64,000 nucleotides of DNA from Oscillibacter sp. (lineage in GTDB: Bacteria > Bacillota > Clostridia > Oscillospirales > Oscillospiraceae), in the NCBI RefSeq assembly GCF_028693505.1, contig NZ_JAQUVF010000011.1, forward strand, positions 832-64,831. The letters are read 5' to 3'. Of this stretch, positions 9,798 through 18,354 are shown piece after piece (position 1 is the stretch's first letter; each line of letters starts with the position of its first letter). Both the position numbers and the translations under genes were made by a program. The notes under the pieces are model-generated. The model made no database searches and had not been told where the DNA came from. It saw only the letters and a program-made list of their open reading frames with translations.

Positions 9798-10003
9798 GGA
9801 CTGGCCTAAGGCCAGCCCCCAGTCTGTCGATAACCCCTAAAATCCCAAAAAACGGGAAGGAAGATAGTTACGAAAGAAACCCAGGAAGGGTGTCTTTCGT
9901 TTTCAATCATAAGTTTTTGATACTTTTCACGGGTTTCAAAAACTTGCACAGCGTGTCGAAAAGACTTTTACGACATGCTGTGGACTGGCCTAAGGCCAGT
10001 CCC
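9798..10003. mobile_element. 161-bp MITE-like element, copy A (9820-9980), flanked by a 22-bp duplicated palindrome
   Basis: Core is the reverse complement of the copies at 33363 and 39092. Flanks are GGACTGGCCTAAGGCCAG(C/T)CCC at 9798-9819 and 9982-10003. Confidence 0.8.
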
Positions 10004-10007
10004 ATTT

Positions 10008-10847
10008 TTATTTCCGCAAAAACACAATGCCCAGCGTGTTGCCGCCGCAGTGGCAAAAGATGGTGCAGCCCGCCTTGGTCTCCAGCACCTCTTCAAACCC
10101 GCCCTCCGCTTGGAGAGTCTCCCGGGCGATGGCGGCGAGTGAATCGTCGGCGCAGCTGTCCACCAGAATGCAGCGCCTGCGGTCAATGTCCGTCCGGTCG
10201 GTCAGCCGCTCCCGCAGATAGTCCACGGCCACCTTCTCCATGGAGCCGCGGAATTTCCTTGTCACGGACATCTTGGCGTCAATAACCTCCACGCAGGGGT
10301 GCAGCTTAAGAAGATTCGCGCCCAAGGCCGTCACGGTGGAGCATCTCCCGCCCTTTTTCATGTAGTCCAGCCGGTCCAGCACGAAGCTCATCTCCACTTT
10401 GGCAGCCGTCTGTTCCACCAGATCCAGGATTTCACTCACGGATTTCCCGCTCTCCGCCGCCTCCGCCGCAGTCAGCACCAGCAGCCCGTGCCCCACGGAG
10501 AGGTTGCCGGTATCCACCACGTAGACTCCCGGGACCTCCTGGGCGGCAAGCCGTGCGTTTTGATGGCAGCTGGAAAAGCCCATCCCGATATTCAGATGGA
10601 TCACCGCGTCGCAAACTTGCATTTCGGCGCGAAACAGCGTTTCGTAGTCCGCAATGTTGACGGCGTTGGTGGTGGTGATGTCGCCGCCGGCATCCACATG
10701 GGCGGCGATGTCCGCGGGATGGATGTCCACACCGTCGCGATAGAGCTTCCCCGCCTTGACGATGCCGAGGGGGATCACCGTGATATGGTGCTGCTTTAGC
10801 AGCCACGCGGGCAAGTCGCAGGTACTGTCCGTGGTAATATGAATCAT
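10008..10847 (-). CDS. DegV family fatty-acid-binding protein
   Basis: ITTDSTCDLP, SSCHQNA, VVDTGNLSVGHG, LDYMKKGGRC and IFCHCG motifs. Confidence 0.92.
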   Translation of the reverse strand: MIHITTDSTCDLPAWLLKQHHITVIPLGIVKAGKLYRDGVDIHPADIAAHVDAGGDITTTNAVNIADYETLFRAEMQVCDAVIHLNIGMGFSSCHQNARLAAQEVPGVYVVDTGNLSVGHGLLVLTAAEAAESGKSVSEILDLVEQTAAKVEMSFVLDRLDYMKKGGRCSTVTALGANLLKLHPCVEVIDAKMSVTRKFRGSMEKVAVDYLRERLTDRTDIDRRRCILVDSCADDSLAAIARETLQAEGGFEEVLETKAGCTIFCHCGGNTLGIVFLRK

Positions 10848-11065
10848 GCAGGTTCTCCTTCCGTTATGGGACCAAAGCCGTCTCCGCCGGTTATTTCAGC
10901 GCGGCTTTTTCTGCAAGGGCATCGTGCCGGTTCCATCTTCTCCCAATGGGTATGGAATCCGCCTTCCTTTTCCATCTGCCGTCAACGGCGGTGAGAAAAA
11001 GGGTGAAAAGACGCATCCTTGCTTTTTCGGCTATTGTACCATAGCTCTTCTCAAAATTCCAGTCC

Positions 11066-12199
11066 TCAGCGAGGGAATCCTCCAATTTTCAAAAAGCGCA
11101 TCATATCCTCCACGGTGGAGCACAGGTCGCGCCGGGCGCGCAGCCGGGAAAGCTCATAGGGCAGCGCCACCCGGTTGATGGAAAAAACAGCCGTCACACC
11201 CAGATCGTAAACCGCCTCCGCGCCCTCTCCCACATCGCCCACCACGGCCACCACGGGTACGCCCCCCGCCCGCCGGGCCACGCCGGAGATCACCTTGCCC
11301 CGAAGGCTCTGGCCATCCAGCTTTCCCTCCCCGGTCAAAATCAGATCCGCGCCCGATGCCACCTCCGCAAAGCGGACGGTATCCAGCACCGTTTCGATGC
11401 CGGGACGGAGCGTACTGCGGAAAAAGGCCGCCATGCCCGCGCCCATGCCGCCTGCCGCGCCCGCGCCGGGCAGCGTCTCCACCTCCGTGCCAAGGTCCCG
11501 GCGCACAATGGACGCCAAATGGGCAAGGCCCCCGTCCAGCCGCCGCACCATGGCCGCGTCCGCCCCCTTCTGGGGACCAAACACCGCCGCCGCGCCCGCC
11601 GCGCCGCAAAGCGGGTTATCGATATCGCACATGGTGACGATGGGAAGGTCCCGCACCGCCGGGTCCATTGAGGCGATATCCACGGCGGAAATATCCCCCA
11701 GCGTCCCGCCCACGGGAACGAAGGGGTTTCCCGCCCTGTCCAGAAACCGGACGCCGCACGCCGCCGCCGCGCCGCAGCCGCCATCGTTGGTGGCGCTGCC
11801 GCCAAGGCACATCACCGCCCGCTTTGCGCCGTGGTGCGCCGCGTGGCGCAGCAGCTCTCCCACGCCGAAGGTGGTGGTCCGCTCCGGGTCCTTTTGTCCA
11901 AGCACCTGGGGAAGCCCCGCCGCCGCCGCCATCTCCACCACCGCCGTCCCGTCGGGCAGCAGGGCGTAAAAGCTCTCCAACGCCGCGCCCTCCGGCCCGG
12001 TGACCCGCAGGGAAACGCGCGCGCCGCCAAGGGCCGTCAAAAATGCTTCCGCGCTGCCCTCGCCGCCGTCCGCCACCGGCAGGGAAATCACCTCCGCCGC
12101 CGGAAACACGGCGTGAATCCCTTCCGCCATGGCATCGCAAACCTGCGCCGAGGACATGGTGCCCTTAAAGGAATCCGGGACCAAAACCACCTTTTTCAT
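11066..12199 (-). CDS. glxK: Glycerate kinase (GlxK/GarK family)
   Basis: PDSFKGTMS, PVADGGEG, GGSATNDGG, GAGAAGGMG and TGEGKLDGQSLRGK motifs. Confidence 0.92.
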   Translation of the reverse strand: MKKVVLVPDSFKGTMSSAQVCDAMAEGIHAVFPAAEVISLPVADGGEGSAEAFLTALGGARVSLRVTGPEGAALESFYALLPDGTAVVEMAAAAGLPQVLGQKDPERTTTFGVGELLRHAAHHGAKRAVMCLGGSATNDGGCGAAAACGVRFLDRAGNPFVPVGGTLGDISAVDIASMDPAVRDLPIVTMCDIDNPLCGAAGAAAVFGPQKGADAAMVRRLDGGLAHLASIVRRDLGTEVETLPGAGAAGGMGAGMAAFFRSTLRPGIETVLDTVRFAEVASGADLILTGEGKLDGQSLRGKVISGVARRAGGVPVVAVVGDVGEGAEAVYDLGVTAVFSINRVALPYELSRLRARRDLCSTVEDMMRFLKIGGFPR

Positions 12200-12259
12200 A
12201 GAACCCCTCCCCACAAAAAAATACACTCTGTGGTCAGTGTACCACAGAGCGTATCGCTT

Positions 12260-12832
12260 TTACAACCGCAGAATTTTGGCTTCCAGCGCGGCGGCGGACG
12301 CCGCCTCATGAGTCACCAGTATCACTATCTTCCCCGCGCTGCGGCGGCGGATGCTCTCCATGGCGCGGGAGCGGTTTTCCCCATCCAGCCCGGTAAACGG
12401 TTCGTCCAGCGCCAGCGCGTCGGAGGGGGCCAGCAACGCCCGGCAAAGCGCCAGACGGCGCTTCATGCCGCCGGAGTACGCCCGGACCGGTTTCCCGCCT
12501 GCGTCGCCAAGGCCCAGCTCCTTCAACATTTGACGGGCCTGCGATTCCTCCAGCGCCGCGCCCAGCACAAAGCGCAGATTGCCCAGCGCGTCCAGGTGCT
12601 CCAAAAGACGGTCCTCCTGAAAAACAGCCGCCCAGCGCAGTCCCTCCGGCACGATCACCCGCCCGCTGTCCGGCGTCTCGAGGCCCAGCAAAAGGCGCAG
12701 CAGCGTTGTTTTCCCACTTCCCGAGGGCGCCATCACGCAGGTGACGCCGCGCTCCACCGTGAAGGAGAGGTGATCCAGCACGGTTTTTCCGCCATAGGCC
12801 TTGCAAAGGTTCTCTACGCGCACTTCCATCAT
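12260..12832 (-). CDS. ABC transporter ATP-binding protein (SsuB/TauB-like)
   Basis: Walker A PSGSGKTT, signature YSGGMKRR, LDEPF and VTH motifs. Confidence 0.9.
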   Translation of the reverse strand: MMEVRVENLCKAYGGKTVLDHLSFTVERGVTCVMAPSGSGKTTLLRLLLGLETPDSGRVIVPEGLRWAAVFQEDRLLEHLDALGNLRFVLGAALEESQARQMLKELGLGDAGGKPVRAYSGGMKRRLALCRALLAPSDALALDEPFTGLDGENRSRAMESIRRRSAGKIVILVTHEAASAAALEAKILRL

Positions 12833-13647
12833 CTGCCCGCCTTTCCCGCAAGCGTATCCACCGCCCGCAAAAACAGCTTCTCAAACACCACGGACACCGC
12901 CACAATGACAGCGGTCCACGCGAAGAGGTCTGGCGTTTGGAAATACACCTTGGCGGTGTACAGCCGCTCGCCGATGGTTCCGGCGGGCAGGCCGATGACC
13001 TCCGCCGCCGCGCCGGCCTTCCAGCAAAGGCCCAGCGACAGCGACACGGCGGAGCGGAAATAAGGCAGCACCGCGGGCAGCCAAATACCCCGCAGTCGCC
13101 GCCAGAGGGGCACGTGAAAGACCGCCGCCATCTCCAGAAGGCTCCGGTCCGCCCCGTCGATCCCCGAGAGCACGTTGAGGTAAACCGGGGGGAATACCAT
13201 CAGGGCGGAAATGAACAGCGGCAGCGTATGGCTGTCAAGCCACACCAGCGCCAAAATGACGAAGGACACCACCGGCACCGCCTTGACCGCCGCCACCAGC
13301 GGATAGAGTAGCTCCCGGACGGCGGGCAGCCGGGCAGCCGCAGCCGCCAGCACCACCGCCAGTGCGCAGGAGAGCAGAAAGCCGCCGAAAATATGCGCCG
13401 TGGAATTACCCACCGCCTGCCAGAAGGCGGCGGTGCCCGCCAGCTCAAAAAGCCGGCTTAGCGCCGAGAGCGGGGACGGCAGCAGCAGCCCTCCGTGGGG
13501 GAGCGCGGCACGAAACGCCATGCTCGCCCCCTGCCACACCAGCAGCCACACGCCCACCGCCCAAGGCCGCAGGGCGTTTTTTTTACGCGCCGTAGTAGAA
13601 GTCGTCGCCGGGCAGCTTGCCGCCCACGGATTCCGCCGCTGCGTCAT
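12829..13647 (-). CDS. ABC transporter permease (SsuC/TauC-like); start codon uncertain
   Basis: LLLPSPLSAL, AVPVVSFVILAL, WKAGAAAEVIG motifs. The annotated start overlaps the upstream gene by 65 bp. Confidence 0.85.
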   Translation of the reverse strand: MTQRRNPWAASCPATTSTTARKKNALRPWAVGVWLLVWQGASMAFRAALPHGGLLLPSPLSALSRLFELAGTAAFWQAVGNSTAHIFGGFLLSCALAVVLAAAAARLPAVRELLYPLVAAVKAVPVVSFVILALVWLDSHTLPLFISALMVFPPVYLNVLSGIDGADRSLLEMAAVFHVPLWRRLRGIWLPAVLPYFRSAVSLSLGLCWKAGAAAEVIGLPAGTIGERLYTAKVYFQTPDLFAWTAVIVAVSVVFEKLFLRAVDTLAGKAGR

Positions 13648-14572
13648 AAAGCACCTCCAGATAGCCCGACAGCTTCTCCTTCATCTCGCTGCCGGTAATG
13701 CAGACAATATTGCACGCAGGCAGTGCCTTTTCCGCCACGGCGGCGTCCACAATGCCCATCTCGCCAATCTTCACGGCGGCGTCGGCAGTGTTTGCGTTCA
13801 CCCAGTCCACGGAGGCGGCGTAATCCTGCAAAAGCGTCTCCACCGCGGCGGGATGCGTTTCCACAAAGTCCTTCCGGGCCACCACCACGCCGGTGAGCAG
13901 GGCGGAGCCATTTTCCAGCGCGTCCCACTCTTTGGTAAGGTCCAGCGCCACCCGCAGATTTTCGATCTTCCCCTGTGCCACGGTGACAAAGGGCTGGGGC
14001 AGCAGGGCGATGGTCGCGGCCCCGGACGCCAGCGCCGCCACGCACTCGCTGTGCTCGCTCTTCCAGTCGATGATCACGTCCGTGTCCGGGTCCAGACCGT
14101 TTTGCTTAAGCAGATACTGCAGGGCGTACTCCGGCGTGGACCCCTTGCCGGACGCCGCGATGGTGGTGCCCCTCAGGTCCTTTATGGACTGCACGGCGTT
14201 GCCGTTTTCCACGATATAAAGGACGCCCAGCGTGTTGATGCCAATGGTCACGATCTGCCCCTCGGTCTTGTTGTAGAGCACGGAGGCGAGGTTTGCCGGC
14301 AAGCAGGCCACGTCCAGTTCGCCCTTGATGAGTGCCGGGGTCAGCTCGTCGGCGCTGGCGGCAATGTGCAGATCATAGCGCTCTGCCCCAGCCTCGCTCT
14401 CTTCCAGATTCACAAGGCCCATGGCGGTGGGACCCTTCAATGCCCCGATGCGGACGGTGACGTCCTCCTCCACCGGCGGGGCAGGTGTTTCCGCCTGTTT
14501 TCCGCAGGCGGTCAGCGACAGTATCAGCGCCGCGCTCAGGCACAGCGCAAGGCCTTTTTTCCATAGATTCAT
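13583..14572 (-). CDS. ABC substrate-binding lipoprotein (SsuA/NMT1-like)
   Basis: Lipobox LTAC, GALKGPTAMG, INTLGVLY, SGKGSTPEY and LLPQPF motifs. Confidence 0.88.
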   Translation of the reverse strand: MNLWKKGLALCLSAALILSLTACGKQAETPAPPVEEDVTVRIGALKGPTAMGLVNLEESEAGAERYDLHIAASADELTPALIKGELDVACLPANLASVLYNKTEGQIVTIGINTLGVLYIVENGNAVQSIKDLRGTTIAASGKGSTPEYALQYLLKQNGLDPDTDVIIDWKSEHSECVAALASGAATIALLPQPFVTVAQGKIENLRVALDLTKEWDALENGSALLTGVVVARKDFVETHPAAVETLLQDYAASVDWVNANTADAAVKIGEMGIVDAAVAEKALPACNIVCITGSEMKEKLSGYLEVLYDAAAESVGGKLPGDDFYYGA

Positions 14573-14589
14573 ATTGCAGTTCCTCTCTT

Positions 14590-14850
14590 TCACTCTCTGA
14601 GGGCGTCCTCCGGCGCGTACACGGTTTTCGCCGTGATGCCCGGCAGACGTCCGATTTTTCCGGACAGCGCGGAGATGGCATCCCCCGGCGCGTCCATGGC
14701 AACACTGATGATATTCACGCCCCGCTCCCGATACGGCACACCCATTCGGCCGATGATGTACCTGCCGTATTGGTGCAGCAGGTCGTTCAGCGCGGCGACA
14801 GAGTCGTCCCTACGCACAATGATGGCCAGCACGGCCACCCGCGTCTCCAT
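14590..14850 (-). CDS. TM1266-family (putative iron-only hydrogenase system regulator) ACT-like protein
   Basis: METRVAVLAIIV..LNDLLH..YIIGRMGVPY..INIISVAMDAP..ISALSGKIGRLPGI. Confidence 0.85.
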   Translation of the reverse strand: METRVAVLAIIVRRDDSVAALNDLLHQYGRYIIGRMGVPYRERGVNIISVAMDAPGDAISALSGKIGRLPGITAKTVYAPEDALRE

Positions 14851-14873
14851 ACAGTTTTCCCCCTTTCTCAGCG

Positions 14874-14912
14874 AAAAAATAACATCCCCTCTGCCGTTTC
14901 GCAGAGGGGATG
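14874..14912 (-). terminator. Leader intrinsic terminator upstream of the TM1266-ABC operon
   Basis: On the minus strand: CATCCCCTCTGC-gaaacg-GCAGAGGGGATG-TTATTTTTT, 23 nt before the ATG. Confidence 0.85.
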
Positions 14913-15040
14913 GATGCACCAAATGCCGCACGGAAGTCCGTGCCGCGTTTTCCCCGTCTTTCGGTTTGGAGCTTTCCTCACCGGCAGAACGACATATGAA
15001 GGCAGCGGGTCCTCCGGTCAGAAGCACTTTCCGGGGACGA
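14913..15040 (-). ncRNA. Candidate cis-regulatory structured leader (riboswitch-like, unassigned)
   Basis: Lies between a canonical promoter and a terminator. P1 is TCCCCG/CGGGGA, and its 3' strand can alternatively pair with the terminator 5' arm. Confidence 0.55.
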
Positions 15041-15044
15041 GGCA

Positions 15045-15073
15045 AGTATACTCTGCTTTTTCTCTCCCGTCAA
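15045..15073 (-). promoter_or_regulatory. Sigma70/SigA promoter
   Basis: TTGACG-17 bp-TATACT on the minus strand. Confidence 0.75.
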
Positions 15074-15095
15074 GAAGGCGGGGATGGCGCTTTCC

Positions 15096-16571
15096 TCAGC
15101 ACCGGCCGAAGGTGTGGGTGAGGTCCCGCATCTGCCTTGCCAGCGCCGGCGAGGTCGCCCCCGGTTCCATTCGCCACCGCCAGTTGCCGTTTGCAACGCC
15201 GGGCACATTGATCCGCGCCGCCGTGCCAAGGCCCAGATAATCCTGCATCTGGGCCACAAACAGCTCCGCCACGCTGCCACTGCCGCAGCGCAAAAGTGCC
15301 TGCGCCACGTCGCGAGCGTCGTCCCCCACGCCCAGATACGCCCGCGCGTAGGCCTGCTCCGCCTCGGTAGCTCCGGTATACCAGCCCACGGCGGTATCGT
15401 TGTCGTGGGTGCCGGTATAGCACACGCAATGTGGCCCATAGTTATGGGGAAGATAGGCGTTATCCGGTCCCGAGAAGGCGAACTCCAGCACCTTCATCCC
15501 CGGCAGGAGCGCAGCGCGGCGCAGTGCGTGCACCGCGTCGGTCAGCAGGCCCAAATCCTCGGCAATATAGGTGATTTGCGGAAACCATGCGGTGAGTACG
15601 CTCAAAAGGTCCATGCCCGGACCCTTTTCCCACGTGCCCTCCTTGGCGCTTTTGGCCCGGGCCGGAATCGCCCAGTAGCTTTCAAATGCCCGGAAGTGGT
15701 CCAGCCGGACGGCGTCGAACAGGCAGGAAACACCCTCCACTCGCCGAATCCACCAGCCAAAGCCGTCCCGTTTCTGGGCGGGCCAGTCGTAGAGCGGATT
15801 GCCCCACAGCTGCCCCTCCTCAGAAAAGTAGTCCGGCGGCACGCCCGCCACTGCGGCGGGTTTCCCGTCCCCGTCCAGCAGGAACTGCCCCCGCTCGCTC
15901 CACACGTCCGCAGAGTCCAGCGACACGTAGATGGGCAGGTCTCCGATGATCTTTACGCCCCGCTCGTTGGCATGGCGCTTCAAGGCGGCCCACTGGTCAA
16001 AAAAGCAGCATTGGACCCAGCTGTGAAAGGCAATTTCGCACTTGAGCTCCTCTCGCCAGCGCTCCACCGCGGCGCTCTCATGTCCCCGCAGCGCCAGATC
16101 CGGCCAGTCGTACCAGGGCGCGCCGCCAAAGTGGTCCTTCGCCGACTGGTAGAGGGCGTATTCCCGCAGCCACGGCGTCTTGCTTTCAAAAGCGCGGACC
16201 CTTTCCGCCTCCCTTTCATCGATCTGCGCAAAGGCCTTGCGCAGCAGTGCGCCGTGGCTCTTTTCCACCGCCGGGTAATCCAAAAGTCCGCCCTGCGGCA
16301 TCCGGGATGCAGCAAGGTCCGCCACCGAGAGCAGTCCCCGCTCCGCCAGCGATTCCAGATCGACAAAAAGCGGATTCCCGGCGAAGGTCGACGCGCTGGT
16401 ATAGGGGGAGTTTCCCGCCCCCGCCGGACCCACCGGCAAAACCTGCCACCAGCGCTGGCCCGCGTCGGACAGGAACTTTACGAATGCCCGGGCCTCCGCG
16501 CCCAGAGACCCGATGCCGTAAGGCGACGGCAATGAAAAAATCGGCAGCAAAATACCGGCGGAACGTTCCAT
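15096..16571 (-). CDS. malQ: 4-alpha-glucanotransferase (amylomaltase, GH77)
   Basis: GILLPIFSLP, IIGDLPIYV, AGVPPDYFS..GQLWGNPLY, RLDHFRAF, AEDLG and YTGTHDNDT motifs. Confidence 0.95.
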   Translation of the reverse strand: MERSAGILLPIFSLPSPYGIGSLGAEARAFVKFLSDAGQRWWQVLPVGPAGAGNSPYTSASTFAGNPLFVDLESLAERGLLSVADLAASRMPQGGLLDYPAVEKSHGALLRKAFAQIDEREAERVRAFESKTPWLREYALYQSAKDHFGGAPWYDWPDLALRGHESAAVERWREELKCEIAFHSWVQCCFFDQWAALKRHANERGVKIIGDLPIYVSLDSADVWSERGQFLLDGDGKPAAVAGVPPDYFSEEGQLWGNPLYDWPAQKRDGFGWWIRRVEGVSCLFDAVRLDHFRAFESYWAIPARAKSAKEGTWEKGPGMDLLSVLTAWFPQITYIAEDLGLLTDAVHALRRAALLPGMKVLEFAFSGPDNAYLPHNYGPHCVCYTGTHDNDTAVGWYTGATEAEQAYARAYLGVGDDARDVAQALLRCGSGSVAELFVAQMQDYLGLGTAARINVPGVANGNWRWRMEPGATSPALARQMRDLTHTFGRC

Positions 16572-16751
16572 AGCACACCCCAGCCCTTCTTCCAGTTTCC
16601 TTCTATTGTAGGTGCCCAAGGCGCAGGTGTCAAGTTACGTCCGCGTCTGCCCGCTTTGGCGGAAGGCTTTTCGACAAAGTTTTTCCCCCTCTTCACAAAT
16701 TTCGGAAAAAAGCGTATACTACATACATCTTAAAGGAAATCAGGTGTTACG

Positions 16752-17357
16752 ATGAGCAGCTTTTTCAAGCGCGTAAAAGCGGACGCGCTGATCTCCTCCA
16801 CACTGTATGCGCTTTTGGGGCTGGTGCTGCTGCTTTGGCCCGCTCCCTCCACCCGCCTTTTGTGCACGGCGCTGGGATTGGTGCTGTTAGCGTGCGGTCT
16901 GGGGGACCTTTTTGTCTTTCTGCGTCAGCGGGACGGAAGTCTCTATGCCGCGGGACATTTGATTCTGGGTGTGATTTTGGCGGCGGTGGGCATTTGGCTG
17001 ATGGCCCGTCCCACGCTGATCGCCGTCATCATCCCCCGCATCATCGGCGTTTTGATCTGCATCCACGGCGCGGGGAACCTTTCCGACGCCAATGCCCTGC
17101 GCAAGGCCGGGTCCGCCCGCCACCGAACGGCGCTGATTCTGGCGTTGGTGTCTCTGGCGCTGGGCGCCGTGCTGATTTTTGATCCTTTCGACGCCTTCAC
17201 CACGGTGGTCCGGCTCATCGGTGCGTTTTTGATTTATGACGGCGTCAGCGACCTCTGGATCACGACGCAGGTGAGTCGGGCGGTCAGGCAGGCGGAGCAG
17301 TTCACCGACGCGGAGAAAAACGCGGTGGATGTGGAATTTCGAGACACGGAGGAATAA
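16752..17357 (+). CDS. HdeD/DUF308 family membrane protein
   Basis: Six hydrophobic segments with G-rich helices. TTCACA-17-TATACT promoter at 16692-16720. Confidence 0.75.
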   Translation: MSSFFKRVKADALISSTLYALLGLVLLLWPAPSTRLLCTALGLVLLACGLGDLFVFLRQRDGSLYAAGHLILGVILAAVGIWLMARPTLIAVIIPRIIGVLICIHGAGNLSDANALRKAGSARHRTALILALVSLALGAVLIFDPFDAFTTVVRLIGAFLIYDGVSDLWITTQVSRAVRQAEQFTDAEKNAVDVEFRDTEE

Positions 17358-17395
17358 GGCGGCGGAGCGCATCCGCGGTTGGAACACCACAAACC

Positions 17396-18313
17396 ATGAA
17401 ACAGTATTTTTTGAATCAGGACACCGGCGAGCTGGGCCCCTCCCCTGCCGGAGACGGTGGGGACTGCGAGATCCGCTTGCTCAGTCTGGAATCCTTTTGC
17501 GCGCTGGAGGAGGTTTTGCCCTACAAGCGAAACCTCCTGCGCAGCATGTCCCCGGTGGTCTGCTGTAAAATCGAGACCCTGCGAGAGAGTATGCAGGGCA
17601 CGATGAAGGTCCCGGCGGAAACCGCCGAGAAAAGCGAGCCCATCTCCTTCGGTTTTTACATGCAGCCCCGACGCCTCTTTCTGGTCGGTCCGGAAGGGCG
17701 GCTTTCGGAGCTTTTGGAAAAGCTCTGCCGCACCGCCTATGGCAGCTGCACCTTACAGCAGTTTTTGCTGCGCCTTTTCGACACGCTGATTGCCGACGAT
17801 GTGGAGCAATTGCTTGCGGTGGAAGCGCAGCTTTCGGGGATGGAGGATGCTTTGCTGCAAAAAAGCCAAAGCCTCTTTTTGGAGACCTTCCTTGACTACC
17901 GCAAGCGTCTGGCCGCCCTGCACGGCTATTATGAGCAGCTGACCGGCATGGGAGAGAGCATGCAAGCCAATCTCAGTCGGCTTCTCACGGAGCCGGAGCG
18001 GACGGCGTGGCATCTTTTTTCCAACCGCACCCAGTGGCTGCACGCGCAGGTAGAGGCCCTGCGGGAATATCTCACGCAGCTGCGGATGCTCTATCAGTCC
18101 CAGCTGGAGGCGCAGCAAAACCGCATCATCACGCTGCTCACCGTGGTGACCACAATTTTTATGCCCCTGACACTCATCGTGGGCTGGTACGGCATGAATT
18201 TTGGCGGCATGTTCGCGCTGCACTGGCAATATGGCTATCTGTCTGTGATCGCGGTGAGTTTGCTGATCGTGGTGATCGAGATTCTCTATTTTAAACACAA
18301 AAAGTTGTTGTAA
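17396..18313 (+). CDS. CorA/ZntB family divalent cation transporter
   Basis: QNRIITLLTVVTTIFMPLTLIVGWYGMNF (GMN motif) followed by a second TM helix. Confidence 0.9.
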   Translation: MKQYFLNQDTGELGPSPAGDGGDCEIRLLSLESFCALEEVLPYKRNLLRSMSPVVCCKIETLRESMQGTMKVPAETAEKSEPISFGFYMQPRRLFLVGPEGRLSELLEKLCRTAYGSCTLQQFLLRLFDTLIADDVEQLLAVEAQLSGMEDALLQKSQSLFLETFLDYRKRLAALHGYYEQLTGMGESMQANLSRLLTEPERTAWHLFSNRTQWLHAQVEALREYLTQLRMLYQSQLEAQQNRIITLLTVVTTIFMPLTLIVGWYGMNFGGMFALHWQYGYLSVIAVSLLIVVIEILYFKHKKLL

Positions 18314-18317
18314 ACAA

Positions 18318-18354
18318 GAGACCCCCATCCGCTTGGATGGGGGTCTCGCTTTTT
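18318..18354. terminator. Intrinsic terminator
   Basis: GAGACCCCCATCC-gctt-GGATGGGGGTCTC followed by a T tract. Confidence 0.8.

Noticed and set aside
14960-15025. Hammerhead ribozyme or RNase P-like motifs (CTGACCG, GAGGAAAG)
   Set aside because: The CUGAnGA core is absent and no other RNase P motifs are present.
15003-15056. THF riboswitch resemblance (GCAGAGTA...AAGTG...CCCGCTGC)
   Set aside because: GCAGAGTA overlaps the promoter spacer and -10 box, so it would not be transcribed, and the intervening region is too short.
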